64,000 nucleotides of DNA from Roseibacillus sp. GTDB taxonomy: Bacteria > Verrucomicrobiota > Verrucomicrobiia > Verrucomicrobiales > Akkermansiaceae. Of this stretch, positions 37,550 to 47,548 are shown in pieces; position 1 is the first letter of the stretch; each line of letters opens with the position of its first letter. The translations under genes were made by a program, and so were the position numbers. The stretch lies in the NCBI GenBank assembly GCA_051251855.1, contig JBPOGI010000003.1, positions 256,001 through 320,000 on the forward strand. The letters run 5' to 3'. Under the pieces are notes generated by a model. It saw nothing but the letters and a program-made list of their open reading frames with translations. It did no database searches and was not told the DNA's origin.

Positions 37550-39814
37550 CTAAGGCAGGGTTTCGACGCGGAAGAAGTCTGCACCATCACTATTGCCGTC
37601 GAGAAGGCCGGGGGGAATAGTGAAACGGTTAGCTCCATTGTTGGTGGCGCCGGTGACTGTGGTGAAGGCGGCGTTTAGATCGGTGGAAGTGGTGACCCGA
37701 AGCCCCGAGACCCCTTCTTCTACATCAATGTAGAAGTTGCCACTGGAATCAAAGCCGCAGTCGGTGATGGTAACTGCTGCTGTCCCATTGGGGATGACGA
37801 TTTCGACGTTGTCATAGCCAACAACCGAGTCGTCACCATGGACCAGAACAATTTTGATGGCATCAACCACTCCACCGGAACTGATAGTTTCTGGAACAAA
37901 AAGATTGGTGTATGAATAGGTCTCCCAATCTGTTCCTCCATTGATGAGAGTGGGAGGAGCCTCGACAGTTTGGTCAGTGGGCTGTCCGCCTACAGTGCCA
38001 GAATAGTATTCAATTTTCACTTTTCCGATGTTCGCGCCACTGATGATTCTCATGTCAATATTTACGTCAATGTTCGTTCCCGCTGTCAGGCCAAGATCAG
38101 CGAGAAGAACTGGATTGTTGGAATTCGGGACGAGAACCCCCCACCCACCGGCAGTGGCATCAATGCGCCCGTATCCATCTGGATTGCCATCCGCTGCTGG
38201 GTAGCTCACAGTTGGCCCGCCTTGGAAAAAGGACCAGCTCGCACCGCCTTGCTCAAAGTCAAGATTTGGGATGAGGGGAGCAACAACCGGAGTGTTGTCT
38301 ACCGTGATATTGTCAAAGCGAATGGCGGAACCGATTCCGGCAACTGGAACAACACGAAGAGCATCGGCGTTGGAAGGGAGAGAAACGATGAAATCATCGG
38401 TGGTCCACGCCCCTGTGACAGTTGAGGCGGCGATATCTCCAGAGTCACCGAGAAAGACTCCGCAGCCGAAGAATTCGATTTTCAGCTTTCCGACTTCCGA
38501 ACCAGAGTTGCGGTAGGTGTCCATGCTGAAGGTGTAAGAGGTGCTGGGCGAGAGACCGAGCCTACCAAGGGGGATAGAGGAGCCTTCGTTTGCGACAAGG
38601 ACTCCAAATCCGTTGCCATCATTCTCTAGAAGGGCGTAGCCACCGCTGTTTCCTCCGGTGGAGGGATAGCTAAAGATGGTGTCGGGCTCTCCTGCGGTGA
38701 TCCAGTTGGCATCTCCCGCTGAGAAGTCGCCGTTAGGAATATCAATGATTGGTGGAGTGGTGGTGGTCCCGCCGATAGTAATATTGTCGTATCCGACGAC
38801 TGAGTTGGGACCCCAAAGAGGTATGACTTTGATTCCGCTGACGTTGGGCGGAATCTGAATGGGAAAATCATAGGTGGCCCAGACGTTGCCACTATTCGAA
38901 GTAGGGTAAAGATTACCGGTTGTGCTGTGCTGGTCACTGCCGGTGAAGAATTCTACTTTCAATCCTCCAATATCTGAGCCGGAGAAGAGGTTCATGTCTT
39001 GTTGGAAGTTGTAGGCCTGGCCCGCAACGAGACCGAGGCCTGCGATGGGAATGGGCTGATCAGAGAGTGAAATGAGAACGCCGAAGCTACCGGTGGAGGC
39101 ATCAATCTCGGCATAGCCTCCGCCGCCATTGCCGCCGGTGGCTGGGAAGGTGACAGGTGTGGCTCCACCGTCGTCATTGAGGCCCCAAGAGTCACCATCG
39201 ATAATCTCAAAGTCACCGTTGGGAACGGTGGTGATAGGCGCCAAAGGGATTTGTTCAATTTGAACATTGTCAAAGGCGACGGCAGAGCCTGCACCCCAAA
39301 GCAAAATGACCTTAACACCATCGGCGTAGGCTGGAACGTGGACCTCGAAGCTGTAAGTTTCCCAAGTGGAGCCGTCTCCGATAAGGTCAGGGTAAAGGTC
39401 ACCGGTGGATCCGCAAAGACGTGTGCCGTCGTAGAACTCGACCTTGAGGCCCCCGATTTGAACCATCTCAGAAGAGCCCGCTAGAGGATCGAACTGCATG
39501 TCCTGTTGGAAGCTGTATGTTTGTCCCGCAGCTAGGCCCAAGCTTCCCAAAGTCATCGCTTGGTCCTGATTGGCAATAAGAAGGCCGAATCCAGCACCGT
39601 CGGTGTTGGAAATGATCACTTGGCCATCGGGGTTTCCGTCAGCAGTGAGATAATCATAGAAGAAGGTCCCGTCGCCGTTGTTCTCCTGCCAAAAGGTTTC
39701 GGGGCCAGAGGCGTTTTCGAAGTCTCCGTTGGGAACGAGGATGGGGGCGGCGTGGGCGCTGGCAACGGTCCCCAAAAAAAGGGTTAGGCCGCGGCAGTAT
39801 TTCATGGCTTTCAT
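37550..39814 (-). CDS. Secreted protein with four ~160-aa CBM-like jelly-roll repeats and an FFRV-type C-terminal domain
   Basis: Repeats PNxDF...GNxxG...LGL...(F/Y)DN(V/I) four times; signal peptide. Confidence 0.85.
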   Translation of the reverse strand: MKAMKYCRGLTLFLGTVASAHAAPILVPNGDFENASGPETFWQENNGDGTFFYDYLTADGNPDGQVIISNTDGAGFGLLIANQDQAMTLGSLGLAAGQTYSFQQDMQFDPLAGSSEMVQIGGLKVEFYDGTRLCGSTGDLYPDLIGDGSTWETYSFEVHVPAYADGVKVILLWGAGSAVAFDNVQIEQIPLAPITTVPNGDFEIIDGDSWGLNDDGGATPVTFPATGGNGGGGYAEIDASTGSFGVLISLSDQPIPIAGLGLVAGQAYNFQQDMNLFSGSDIGGLKVEFFTGSDQHSTTGNLYPTSNSGNVWATYDFPIQIPPNVSGIKVIPLWGPNSVVGYDNITIGGTTTTPPIIDIPNGDFSAGDANWITAGEPDTIFSYPSTGGNSGGYALLENDGNGFGVLVANEGSSIPLGRLGLSPSTSYTFSMDTYRNSGSEVGKLKIEFFGCGVFLGDSGDIAASTVTGAWTTDDFIVSLPSNADALRVVPVAGIGSAIRFDNITVDNTPVVAPLIPNLDFEQGGASWSFFQGGPTVSYPAADGNPDGYGRIDATAGGWGVLVPNSNNPVLLADLGLTAGTNIDVNIDMRIISGANIGKVKIEYYSGTVGGQPTDQTVEAPPTLINGGTDWETYSYTNLFVPETISSGGVVDAIKIVLVHGDDSVVGYDNVEIVIPNGTAAVTITDCGFDSSGNFYIDVEEGVSGLRVTTSTDLNAAFTTVTGATNNGANRFTIPPGLLDGNSDGADFFRVETLP

Positions 39815-40181
39815 GGCTTTTTTGATAGTTTGGTCTTGTCTTTATTGGGAAGCATAGGCTTGAGAGGCGGACCGGCTCAGTAAGCTCAGAGAGTGCACCC
39901 TACTGCATGCCGTGTAGCGGGAGAAAACTAAGAACCAGTATGTTGAGCAGTATCTCCCCTCAGTCAGCATAATGCTCAACCAAAGTTCTCGACTGTAACT
40001 TTATGCACATTCTCTCATGATGCTCCCCGCGGCAAGAAATTTTTTCTGCTTCTCTCTAAATGATCTTTGTTCTTGCTCTTAGGCTAAAAGGTGTAAGATT
40101 ACATAAAGTTGCATTACCCCGAAAGGGGGAATTGAGACCTTTCCAACGGCCAATAAATCCAAGTAACACAAGAATAGAACC

Positions 40182-42143
40182 ATGAAATCAAGAATCCGAA
40201 CCCTGTCTTTTGCTTTGCTTTTGAGCGGAGCTATCGGTGCACAAGCAGCACCTATCCTCGTTCCCAACGGGGATTTTTCAACTCCAGGCGGCGAGGATTG
40301 GACTCAAGCTGAGTCTAGTGTCGAGGGCGGCGGGTCCACCATCATTACCTACGAGACAAGCGGCGGAAATCCCGGCGGCTATGGAAAAATTGATAACACT
40401 GCGGGATCTTGGGGCGGCGTTCTTGTTTCTGAAGGTGGTAGCGGACCCAATCCTGCCACTGGCGGAGGGATCGAGCTGTCCACTCTTGGACTTACTGCGG
40501 GAGAGACCTATACCTTCAGTCTCGACATGATTGATTTTGGAGCTGGTGGCACCATGGCTGGAATCAAGTTAGAGAGCTGGTCTGAAACGGGATATATTTC
40601 GGACAGCACCGACCAAAATTTTGCGACCACGACCTCTTGGGCAACTTATGATTATGACTACACCATCGATGCAGCGGCGACTCGAATCAAGGTCGTCCCG
40701 TTGTTGAGTGGCAGCCAGAATGAGATTGTAGGATTTGATAATATCCAAGTTGACAACACCGCCGTCGTGCCGCCGCCATTCGTAGCTTCTCAAATCGAGA
40801 ATGGCGGCTTCGAAGTCCCGAACGGGGTTGGCTGGGGAACGGTACAAGGCACCCCAGTGTATAATACCACCGGAGGAAATCCGGATGGCCATGTGGTCTT
40901 AGACGGAACTGCGGAATTCGCAGTATTGTATGCCTTTAATAACAGCGAGGTCACATTTGCTTCTCTTGGTCTCGCTCCTGGCGACACCTACATGTTGCAA
41001 ATGGACATTAAGCTTATTACAGGCGCATGGGGCGGAGGTTACCGCTTGGAAGGACCTGCAGGCTTTGTCATTGATGATATCTTTGATGTGATAGGTAATG
41101 GCTCGACGTGGGAGACCTATTCTGTGGAACTAACGGTTCCAGCTGGTCCTACGCAATCTAAGTTCGGTCTCCGTCCAGGAGGATCGGTCATGGCTTTCGA
41201 TAATGTGAGTATCGTTCGCCCAGGGTTAGACCCGTTCGCCGTCTGTATTGACCAAGGCACGGTTGTCTCTTGGACGCCCACCAGCGCTGTTAATTCTTAT
41301 CAGCCTCAGGCGTCGGACGACAACACGAACTGGACTGACCTAGGACCACGTATTGCTGGCGATGCTATTTCTTCCGTCTTTGATGAGGACGGTGCCGCAT
41401 TCTATCGTGTGCAAGAGTATATGGTCGACACCGCAGAGATCGTGCGTGATGGAGGTCTTGAGATTGGAAACGTCTGGGAATATATCAACAATGCTCCCGC
41501 CAATCATCAGCCTCCGGTTGATGTGGAGGATGCGGCTTTGGCCTTTGCAGGCGACTGGTTTGTCAGGTTAGCCGCCGACACCGGAACGGGCACCGATCCC
41601 AAAAGTTCCATTATGAATCAGCTGAACTCTCCAGTTGTTGCGGGAGGCTCTTATGATTTTTCGTTCCAAGCCTATGGTGAGTCTCGGGTGGAAGCTGAGT
41701 TCTTCTATTCCATCAAGTGGCTCGTGGAAGCAACGAGCGTTGTCGTGAATGAGCTTACAGTGAATTTCGACGACTTGGCAATCGGACAGTGGACGGAGAT
41801 TACGAACCCTGGACTTGTGGTTCCAGCAGGAGCCGACGCTGTGCTGATTGAAATCATCTGCGGCACTGGTGCTGTGGCTGGTCGATCTGGCTCTTTTCGT
41901 GTGGATGAGGTTTCCTTGGTTGGCGAAACCTCGACCTTCCTGCAGGACTTACCCGCGACTCCTGGAGATGGAGTGGTCCTCTCTTGGCCAACAGCGGTTG
42001 GAGCAAGTTATCAGGTCAAGTCTTCTGCGGACTTGATGACCTTCACTGACCTGGGAGGACCCATGGTTGGTGATGGTTCAACTATGACCTTGGGAGAAGC
42101 TGCGGCTTCTAAAAAGTTCTTCCAAGTTGTGGAGACCCCCTAG
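40182..42143 (+). CDS. Secreted paralog with CBM-like repeats and two FFRV-type domains
   Basis: Mature N-terminus AAPILVPNGDF is identical to that of the divergent gene; IGNGSTWETYS is shared. Confidence 0.85.
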   Translation: MKSRIRTLSFALLLSGAIGAQAAPILVPNGDFSTPGGEDWTQAESSVEGGGSTIITYETSGGNPGGYGKIDNTAGSWGGVLVSEGGSGPNPATGGGIELSTLGLTAGETYTFSLDMIDFGAGGTMAGIKLESWSETGYISDSTDQNFATTTSWATYDYDYTIDAAATRIKVVPLLSGSQNEIVGFDNIQVDNTAVVPPPFVASQIENGGFEVPNGVGWGTVQGTPVYNTTGGNPDGHVVLDGTAEFAVLYAFNNSEVTFASLGLAPGDTYMLQMDIKLITGAWGGGYRLEGPAGFVIDDIFDVIGNGSTWETYSVELTVPAGPTQSKFGLRPGGSVMAFDNVSIVRPGLDPFAVCIDQGTVVSWTPTSAVNSYQPQASDDNTNWTDLGPRIAGDAISSVFDEDGAAFYRVQEYMVDTAEIVRDGGLEIGNVWEYINNAPANHQPPVDVEDAALAFAGDWFVRLAADTGTGTDPKSSIMNQLNSPVVAGGSYDFSFQAYGESRVEAEFFYSIKWLVEATSVVVNELTVNFDDLAIGQWTEITNPGLVVPAGADAVLIEIICGTGAVAGRSGSFRVDEVSLVGETSTFLQDLPATPGDGVVLSWPTAVGASYQVKSSADLMTFTDLGGPMVGDGSTMTLGEAAASKKFFQVVETP

Positions 42144-42169
42144 CTTTTCTCTTGATTTACTTTTTTCCC

Positions 42170-42208
42170 TACGGGTCACTGTCCTTTTGACGGTGGCCCG
42201 TATTTTTT
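42170..42208 (+). terminator. Intrinsic terminator
   Basis: TACGGGTCACTGTC-CTTTT-GACGGTGGCCCGTA followed by a T tract. Confidence 0.8.
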
Positions 42209-42257
42209 GGTTCTGGAATCGTGCTTTTTACAAGCAGCGGTCGCCAAGAAAAAGGAG

Positions 42258-42334
<77 letters not shown>

Positions 42335-42487
42335 GTTCTGGCAGGCCTTGGGTTTGCCTGACAGGAATTCACTTATACCAACTCTCGAAGCACGTCAATG
42401 TTCTGGGGGGCTCTTGGGAGTCGCTATAAAAACTCACCTTTGCGTTTTGGGTTCGCATCCTGAAGGGGCCGCCTATTAGGTTGGGCT

Positions 42488-44512
42488 ATGCGACAAACTC
42501 TCGGAATATTCCTCTGCGCGGTGCTTCAGGCTGTTGGGCCCATGGGGGCGGCTCCTAACATTATCTTTATTCTTTGTGATGACTTGGGATACGGCGACCT
42601 CGGGGTAACTTGGCAGAAAGAGCGAGATGGAGAGAAGAAGCATCATACGCCTCATCTCGATCAGATGGCGGCGGAGGGGGTCTTGATGACGAGGCATTAC
42701 TGTCCGGCTCCAGTCTGTGCGCCATCGCGAGCTTCGTTTCTAACAGGGTTTCATCAGGGGCATTGTGGGATTCGGAACAATCAGTTCGATAAGGCGCTGC
42801 CAGATGATCATACTATTGCGAGCACTCTGAAAGCTGGTGGCTACCGGACTGCGCTGGTGGGGAAGTATGGTTTGCAGGGCAAGGGAAAGTCGCCACGTGA
42901 GTGGCCGGCCTATCCTACTAAGCGTGGTTTTGATGACTTCCTCGGATACGTTCGTCACGCGGATGGGCATTTGCACTATCCGGCACACAAGTGGCCGTTG
43001 GGAAATAGCGAGGGCCATCGCTCGAAGAAGGAACTGTGGCACAATGAGGAGGAGATATCGGGTTCGTTGGCGAAGTGTTTTACCTCTGACCTTTTTACGG
43101 CCTATGCCAAGAAATGGATTGTTGATGGGCTGCGGGAAAATCCGGAGCAGCCTTTCTTCTTGTACTTGGCCTACGACACACCGCACGCCGCTTTGCAATA
43201 CCCAACGAGCGCCTATCCCGAGGGGGGTGGATTAGAAGGTGGGCTGCAGTGGTTGGGTGAACCGGGAAAGATGATTAATACGGCCGTGGGTAAGGTGGAT
43301 TCTTGGATGCATCCGGAACATGATAATGCGGACTGGAATGAGTCTGAGAAGAGGCAGGCGGGGATGATTCGCAGAATTGATGATCACGTGGGAGATTTGA
43401 TTCAGCTTCTCAAGGATCTTGAAGTCGATGAGGAGACGCTGGTGGTCTTCACGAGTGATAACGGCCCTCATGATGTTCATTATTTGGCGGAGGGCGATTA
43501 TGATGCGAGCCGCTTTCAGGCCTATGGACCGCTCAATGGCATTAAGCGTGATGTCTTAGAAGGGGGGATTCGGATGCCTGCCTTGGCGCGTTGGCCAAAG
43601 TCGATTCCGGCGGGGCAGGTGGACCGTTCGCCTTCGCAGTTCCATGATTGGATGACCACATTCCTGGCGGCAGCGGGAATGCCTCTTCCGGCACAGGCAG
43701 ATGGGGTTTCTCTTTTGCCTGCGTTGACTGGTCAGGGAAAGAGGGCTGAGAGTACGGTTTATGTCGAATATAGTAATGGTTCGAGGACGCCGAGTTATGA
43801 GGACTTTCTGCCAAAGTATCAGGGTCAGAAGCGTGGCGAGCAGCAGGTAATATTCTTAGATGGCTATAAGGGGATTCGTAGGAACCTAAAAAAGGCTGAT
43901 GAGTATTTTCAGATTTTTGATATCGAGGAGGATGAGCGCGAGAAAGTGGACTTGGCTGATTCGAGTCCGCAGTTCAAAGCATTGCAGAGGAAGATGCAGG
44001 AAAGGGTGTTGCGATTGCGCCGGCCCTCGAAGAACGCCAAACGTCCCTATGATACGTTGCCGATTCCTGCGATGGCACCTTGCGAGACCAAGAAGGGGCT
44101 CAATCGGCAATTTATGGCAGGGGAGTTTCCCTGGGTGCCTCGCTTGAAAGAGGGTGAGGGAGAGGTAGTCTCGAACCTTCAATTCGTGACCGAAGAGGCG
44201 GGGGCGGTTTGGTTCAGCGGTCTTATCGAAGTTGCTGTGGAGGGGGATTTTGTTTTTCGATTGGGGGAGCAGGGGGAAGCGGTCTTTCATCTCCATGATT
44301 GTTTAGTGCTGGATTCCGATATTCCGAAACAGATTGGAGGAAGTAGAGAAGCGACGGTGAAGCTGGCTAAAGGGCTGCACCCTTTTCGGCTGGGCGCTGT
44401 AATTTCGAAGAGGGCGCCAGACTTTGAGGTGACTGGGCCTGTGGGTTCGGATATCTCTTTTCGATTACTGGGTAAATCTGAGCAGTCAGCTGTAAATAAA
44501 GACGCTCAGTAG
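42488..44512 (+). CDS. Formylglycine-dependent sulfatase (S1) with PA14-like C-terminal domain
   Basis: PNIIFILCDDLGYGD, CAPSRASFLTG, GKYGL, FTSDNG, EGGIRMP. Confidence 0.93.
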   Translation: MRQTLGIFLCAVLQAVGPMGAAPNIIFILCDDLGYGDLGVTWQKERDGEKKHHTPHLDQMAAEGVLMTRHYCPAPVCAPSRASFLTGFHQGHCGIRNNQFDKALPDDHTIASTLKAGGYRTALVGKYGLQGKGKSPREWPAYPTKRGFDDFLGYVRHADGHLHYPAHKWPLGNSEGHRSKKELWHNEEEISGSLAKCFTSDLFTAYAKKWIVDGLRENPEQPFFLYLAYDTPHAALQYPTSAYPEGGGLEGGLQWLGEPGKMINTAVGKVDSWMHPEHDNADWNESEKRQAGMIRRIDDHVGDLIQLLKDLEVDEETLVVFTSDNGPHDVHYLAEGDYDASRFQAYGPLNGIKRDVLEGGIRMPALARWPKSIPAGQVDRSPSQFHDWMTTFLAAAGMPLPAQADGVSLLPALTGQGKRAESTVYVEYSNGSRTPSYEDFLPKYQGQKRGEQQVIFLDGYKGIRRNLKKADEYFQIFDIEEDEREKVDLADSSPQFKALQRKMQERVLRLRRPSKNAKRPYDTLPIPAMAPCETKKGLNRQFMAGEFPWVPRLKEGEGEVVSNLQFVTEEAGAVWFSGLIEVAVEGDFVFRLGEQGEAVFHLHDCLVLDSDIPKQIGGSREATVKLAKGLHPFRLGAVISKRAPDFEVTGPVGSDISFRLLGKSEQSAVNKDAQ

Positions 44513-44536
44513 CTTGTTTGATAAGGCCCAAGTTCG

Positions 44537-46564
44537 GTGTTAGCCTTGGCCCTTCTCATGACTTCTGTTCGAAATTGTATTCTTAGCTTGCTAGCGGTGT
44601 CCTCCGCTCTGACCCACCCGTTAGTTGCTGTGGAGGAGGTGTTGGTGGGCTGGCATGAGTTTGATGCAAGCAATAGGCACCGTTTTCTCAACAGCGCTAA
44701 GGACGCGTTTAGCGACTTTAATCGAATATCTGGCAAGTTGTATGGTGGTAATGGCAGTCGGTCGGGATGGAGTTCTACCGATGGTCAGTATGGAGGCAGT
44801 GTCTCCGTTGGGCCGATTGTGACGGATGGCTCTATGAGCATGCGGACTGATAGTGGAGCACTCTTCTTTTTGTTAGAGAATGGGAGCACGGGCAGCGTGA
44901 CTTTGAGTCGTATCCTTTTTGATTTTGCGAGCATTAACAATAATTCGCCTCGAAATCTCCATCTTTACTATGACCAGGGTGACCTTGCTGTGGGCAACAA
45001 TACGCTCATAGAGTCATGGCTTTCGATTCACAATGGCTTGGGATTACTGAGTGACTATGAGGATGTGGAGGTGGATTTGTCGGGATTGGCGGATCGGGTC
45101 TTGGGGCCGGGCCAAACGGCGAGGTTTCGGTTGCAGGTAGATACGGCGAGTAATCCGACACAAGCGCTGGGAATCGATAATCTCGCGATTACAGGAGAGA
45201 CGACAGACTTTCGGATTCTGACCTATAACATCCATGGGGGAAAGGGGCCGAATGGGGAGGGGGACTTGGTTTCCAACATCACCGCTTTCCGCGAGACGTT
45301 GATGCAGAATGAAGATGTGCTTTGCCTTCAAGAGGTGGATGTGGGTGCGAACTGGACTACTCTGAAAGGTCTTTTTCCTGACTATCCTTATACAATTCAG
45401 ACAGTGAATACGACGACGGGTTTTATTTGGCCGTGGGAGTCACAGCAGCAAACTTCGATAGCAATCTTGTCGAAATATCCTTTCACGCAAACGCATGAGC
45501 AGTTGATCCAAATCGACCCCGGGGGCGATAGATGGGAACGATATGCTCATCATGTGACCATTGAGGCTGGAGGAGTTCCCTACGATATTTTTCACTACCA
45601 CAATACTTACAATTTCAACGACGATGATTTCGCGTCTGAGAAGGCGGGGATGGTCAAGTTTCGTGACTACGCCTTGAATCGGATGAGCCTCAATTCTTTG
45701 AGTGAGGGAAGGCGCATGGTTTTGTTAGGGGATTACAATATTTTTCAAGATGATGTGGTGGAGATTGTTCCAACTCGAGCGCGCCGAAGCAACGGTCGAG
45801 ACCACATCACGGGGCAGGATTTTTTTGCGAGTTCGGGAGTATATCAATCGGGTTTGCTTTCGGATCATAATGTGGTGTGGGCCTTTATGGATGTGGCTCC
45901 TCCTGTTCCGGTAACAGCGGAGTGGGCGGTGGTGCCTGCTGCAGAGAGTGAGAGCATGGCCGTGATGACGGCTCAGACGGCCTACGACCCTCGGGGGGTG
46001 GAGTATTATTTTTCGAATTTGAGCGTGCCAGATGGAAGCCATGATAGTGGATGGCAGACGAGTGCTTTTTATCGGGACACAGGATTGCAACCGGCGACAA
46101 GTTATCAGTATGCGGTGATGACGCGCGACCAATCAGGCAATCAGAACGAGGGGTTGGCTGCGACCTCCTTTGCAGTCGTGACTGAGGATGGTGATGCGGT
46201 GCCGGATGCTTGGGAGATGCAATATTTTGGCAATGTGACGGAGACCCAAGGCGCTACAGGACAGGACTGGGACGGCGATGGTTCGGACGATTACTCGGAG
46301 TGGATTGCTGGAACGGATCCGACCGATGCTTCTTCCTATTTGCAAGCATGGATGGAGGCCGGGGGCAGCGCTGGGGTAGTCGATCTTTGCTGGAACGGGT
46401 TGGCAGGAAAGAGTTATCAGGTGCTGACTTCTTCAAGTCTAGAGACACCGGTCTCAGAATGGACAGTGGTGGTTTCTGATAGTGAGGCGGAGCTGACTGA
46501 GCATCGCTATGAGATTACGGTGGCTTCCGGTGCGCAGTTCTTTTGCGTGGCGGTGTCGTTGTAG
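44537..46564 (+). CDS. Secreted endonuclease/exonuclease/phosphatase (EEP) protein with FN3-like and FFRV-type domains
   Basis: TYNIHG, CLQEVD, LGDYN, RDHI, SDHN; GLQPATSYQY; DWDGDG..E..AGTDP. Confidence 0.82.
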   Translation: MLALALLMTSVRNCILSLLAVSSALTHPLVAVEEVLVGWHEFDASNRHRFLNSAKDAFSDFNRISGKLYGGNGSRSGWSSTDGQYGGSVSVGPIVTDGSMSMRTDSGALFFLLENGSTGSVTLSRILFDFASINNNSPRNLHLYYDQGDLAVGNNTLIESWLSIHNGLGLLSDYEDVEVDLSGLADRVLGPGQTARFRLQVDTASNPTQALGIDNLAITGETTDFRILTYNIHGGKGPNGEGDLVSNITAFRETLMQNEDVLCLQEVDVGANWTTLKGLFPDYPYTIQTVNTTTGFIWPWESQQQTSIAILSKYPFTQTHEQLIQIDPGGDRWERYAHHVTIEAGGVPYDIFHYHNTYNFNDDDFASEKAGMVKFRDYALNRMSLNSLSEGRRMVLLGDYNIFQDDVVEIVPTRARRSNGRDHITGQDFFASSGVYQSGLLSDHNVVWAFMDVAPPVPVTAEWAVVPAAESESMAVMTAQTAYDPRGVEYYFSNLSVPDGSHDSGWQTSAFYRDTGLQPATSYQYAVMTRDQSGNQNEGLAATSFAVVTEDGDAVPDAWEMQYFGNVTETQGATGQDWDGDGSDDYSEWIAGTDPTDASSYLQAWMEAGGSAGVVDLCWNGLAGKSYQVLTSSSLETPVSEWTVVVSDSEAELTEHRYEITVASGAQFFCVAVSL

Positions 46565-46566
46565 AG

Positions 46567-47484
46567 CTAGTTCTTGCGGGCGATGGCGAGCAAGGTTTGA
46601 AAGTGAGGTGGCTGCTCTTCGCGGTCGACAATGGTGGTAGATGTTTCTGAGAAACCGGCTCCTTCTAAAAGTTCGCCAAGGTGAATTTCAGAGAATCCCA
46701 AGTGAACATCGTAATAGAGTTCACGGGCTTGTTCGAAGCTATGTTGGAGTAGGTCGAGGACGACGAGGGTGCCACCGGGCTTGAGAATGCGATAGGCTTC
46801 GGCAAGAGCGGTAGCGGGATTTTGTGCGTGGTGAAGAGCTTGTGAGAAGAGGGCGAGGTCGACACTGTTTTCGTCGATGGGAATTTTTTCTATCTCCCCG
46901 AGGCGAAAGTCGAGGTTGGGGAGTTGGTGCTTCTTTGCGAGTTCTTTGCCGAACTCGACCATCTTGGGGGAGTTGTCGATGGCAATGACGTGTTGGGCGC
47001 TTTGGGCAAAGAGCTGGGCTGCGGTTCCTTCACCAGCGCCGAGGTCGGCGACGACGTTGAAGGAGTGAATCTTGAGAAGGGCTTCGGCGAGTGACTTCCA
47101 AGAACGGCCGGGGACATAGTGTTTCCCGAATTTTCCTGCGAGTTGGTCGAAGTAGGCTCGAGTGGTGTCTTTGCGCTTACGCAGAATATGCTTGAGGGTC
47201 TGCAGATCGGACTTGTGTTCGGGGAGTTCCTTGGCCGCTTTTTCAGCAATGGCTTGGAGCTCGCGAGGAATGGTTGCGTGGTAGATGTTACTCTTGCCAG
47301 ATCGAGTATCGGTGATGAGCGCAGACTTCTTAAGTTGAGCGAGTTGAGTCGAAATTCGAGACTGGCCCATGGCGAGGATTTCTTGGAGCTCGGCCACCGA
47401 TAGTTGTTCCCGGGATAACAAGAGCAATAATCGCAGCCGAGTTGGATCAGCGAGAAGTTTAAGAGAGTTAAGTATTGACTGCAT
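46567..47484 (-). CDS. ArsR-HTH / SAM-methyltransferase fusion regulator (SahR/SamR-like)
   Basis: LADPTRLRLL..QSRISTQL HTH; VADLGAGEG, ALHH, LKPGG; divergent from metK-ahcY. Confidence 0.88.
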   Translation of the reverse strand: MQSILNSLKLLADPTRLRLLLLLSREQLSVAELQEILAMGQSRISTQLAQLKKSALITDTRSGKSNIYHATIPRELQAIAEKAAKELPEHKSDLQTLKHILRKRKDTTRAYFDQLAGKFGKHYVPGRSWKSLAEALLKIHSFNVVADLGAGEGTAAQLFAQSAQHVIAIDNSPKMVEFGKELAKKHQLPNLDFRLGEIEKIPIDENSVDLALFSQALHHAQNPATALAEAYRILKPGGTLVVLDLLQHSFEQARELYYDVHLGFSEIHLGELLEGAGFSETSTTIVDREEQPPHFQTLLAIARKN

Positions 47485-47507
47485 GACAAAATCGGCTTAA
47501 TCGTTGC

Positions 47508-47531
47508 ATCAACGAATCGCGATTCGTTGAT
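47508..47531. promoter_or_regulatory. Perfect 24-bp palindrome, probable SahR operator
   Basis: ATCAACGAATCGCGATTCGTTGAT lies in the 64-bp gap between the regulator and metK. Confidence 0.8.
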
Positions 47532-47548
47532 ATCAAAATTATTGAGTT

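Noticed and set aside
47485..47548. SAM riboswitch upstream of metK
   Set aside because: The gap is only 64 bp, is shared with a divergent gene and is occupied by a DNA palindrome; no SAM riboswitch core was recognised.
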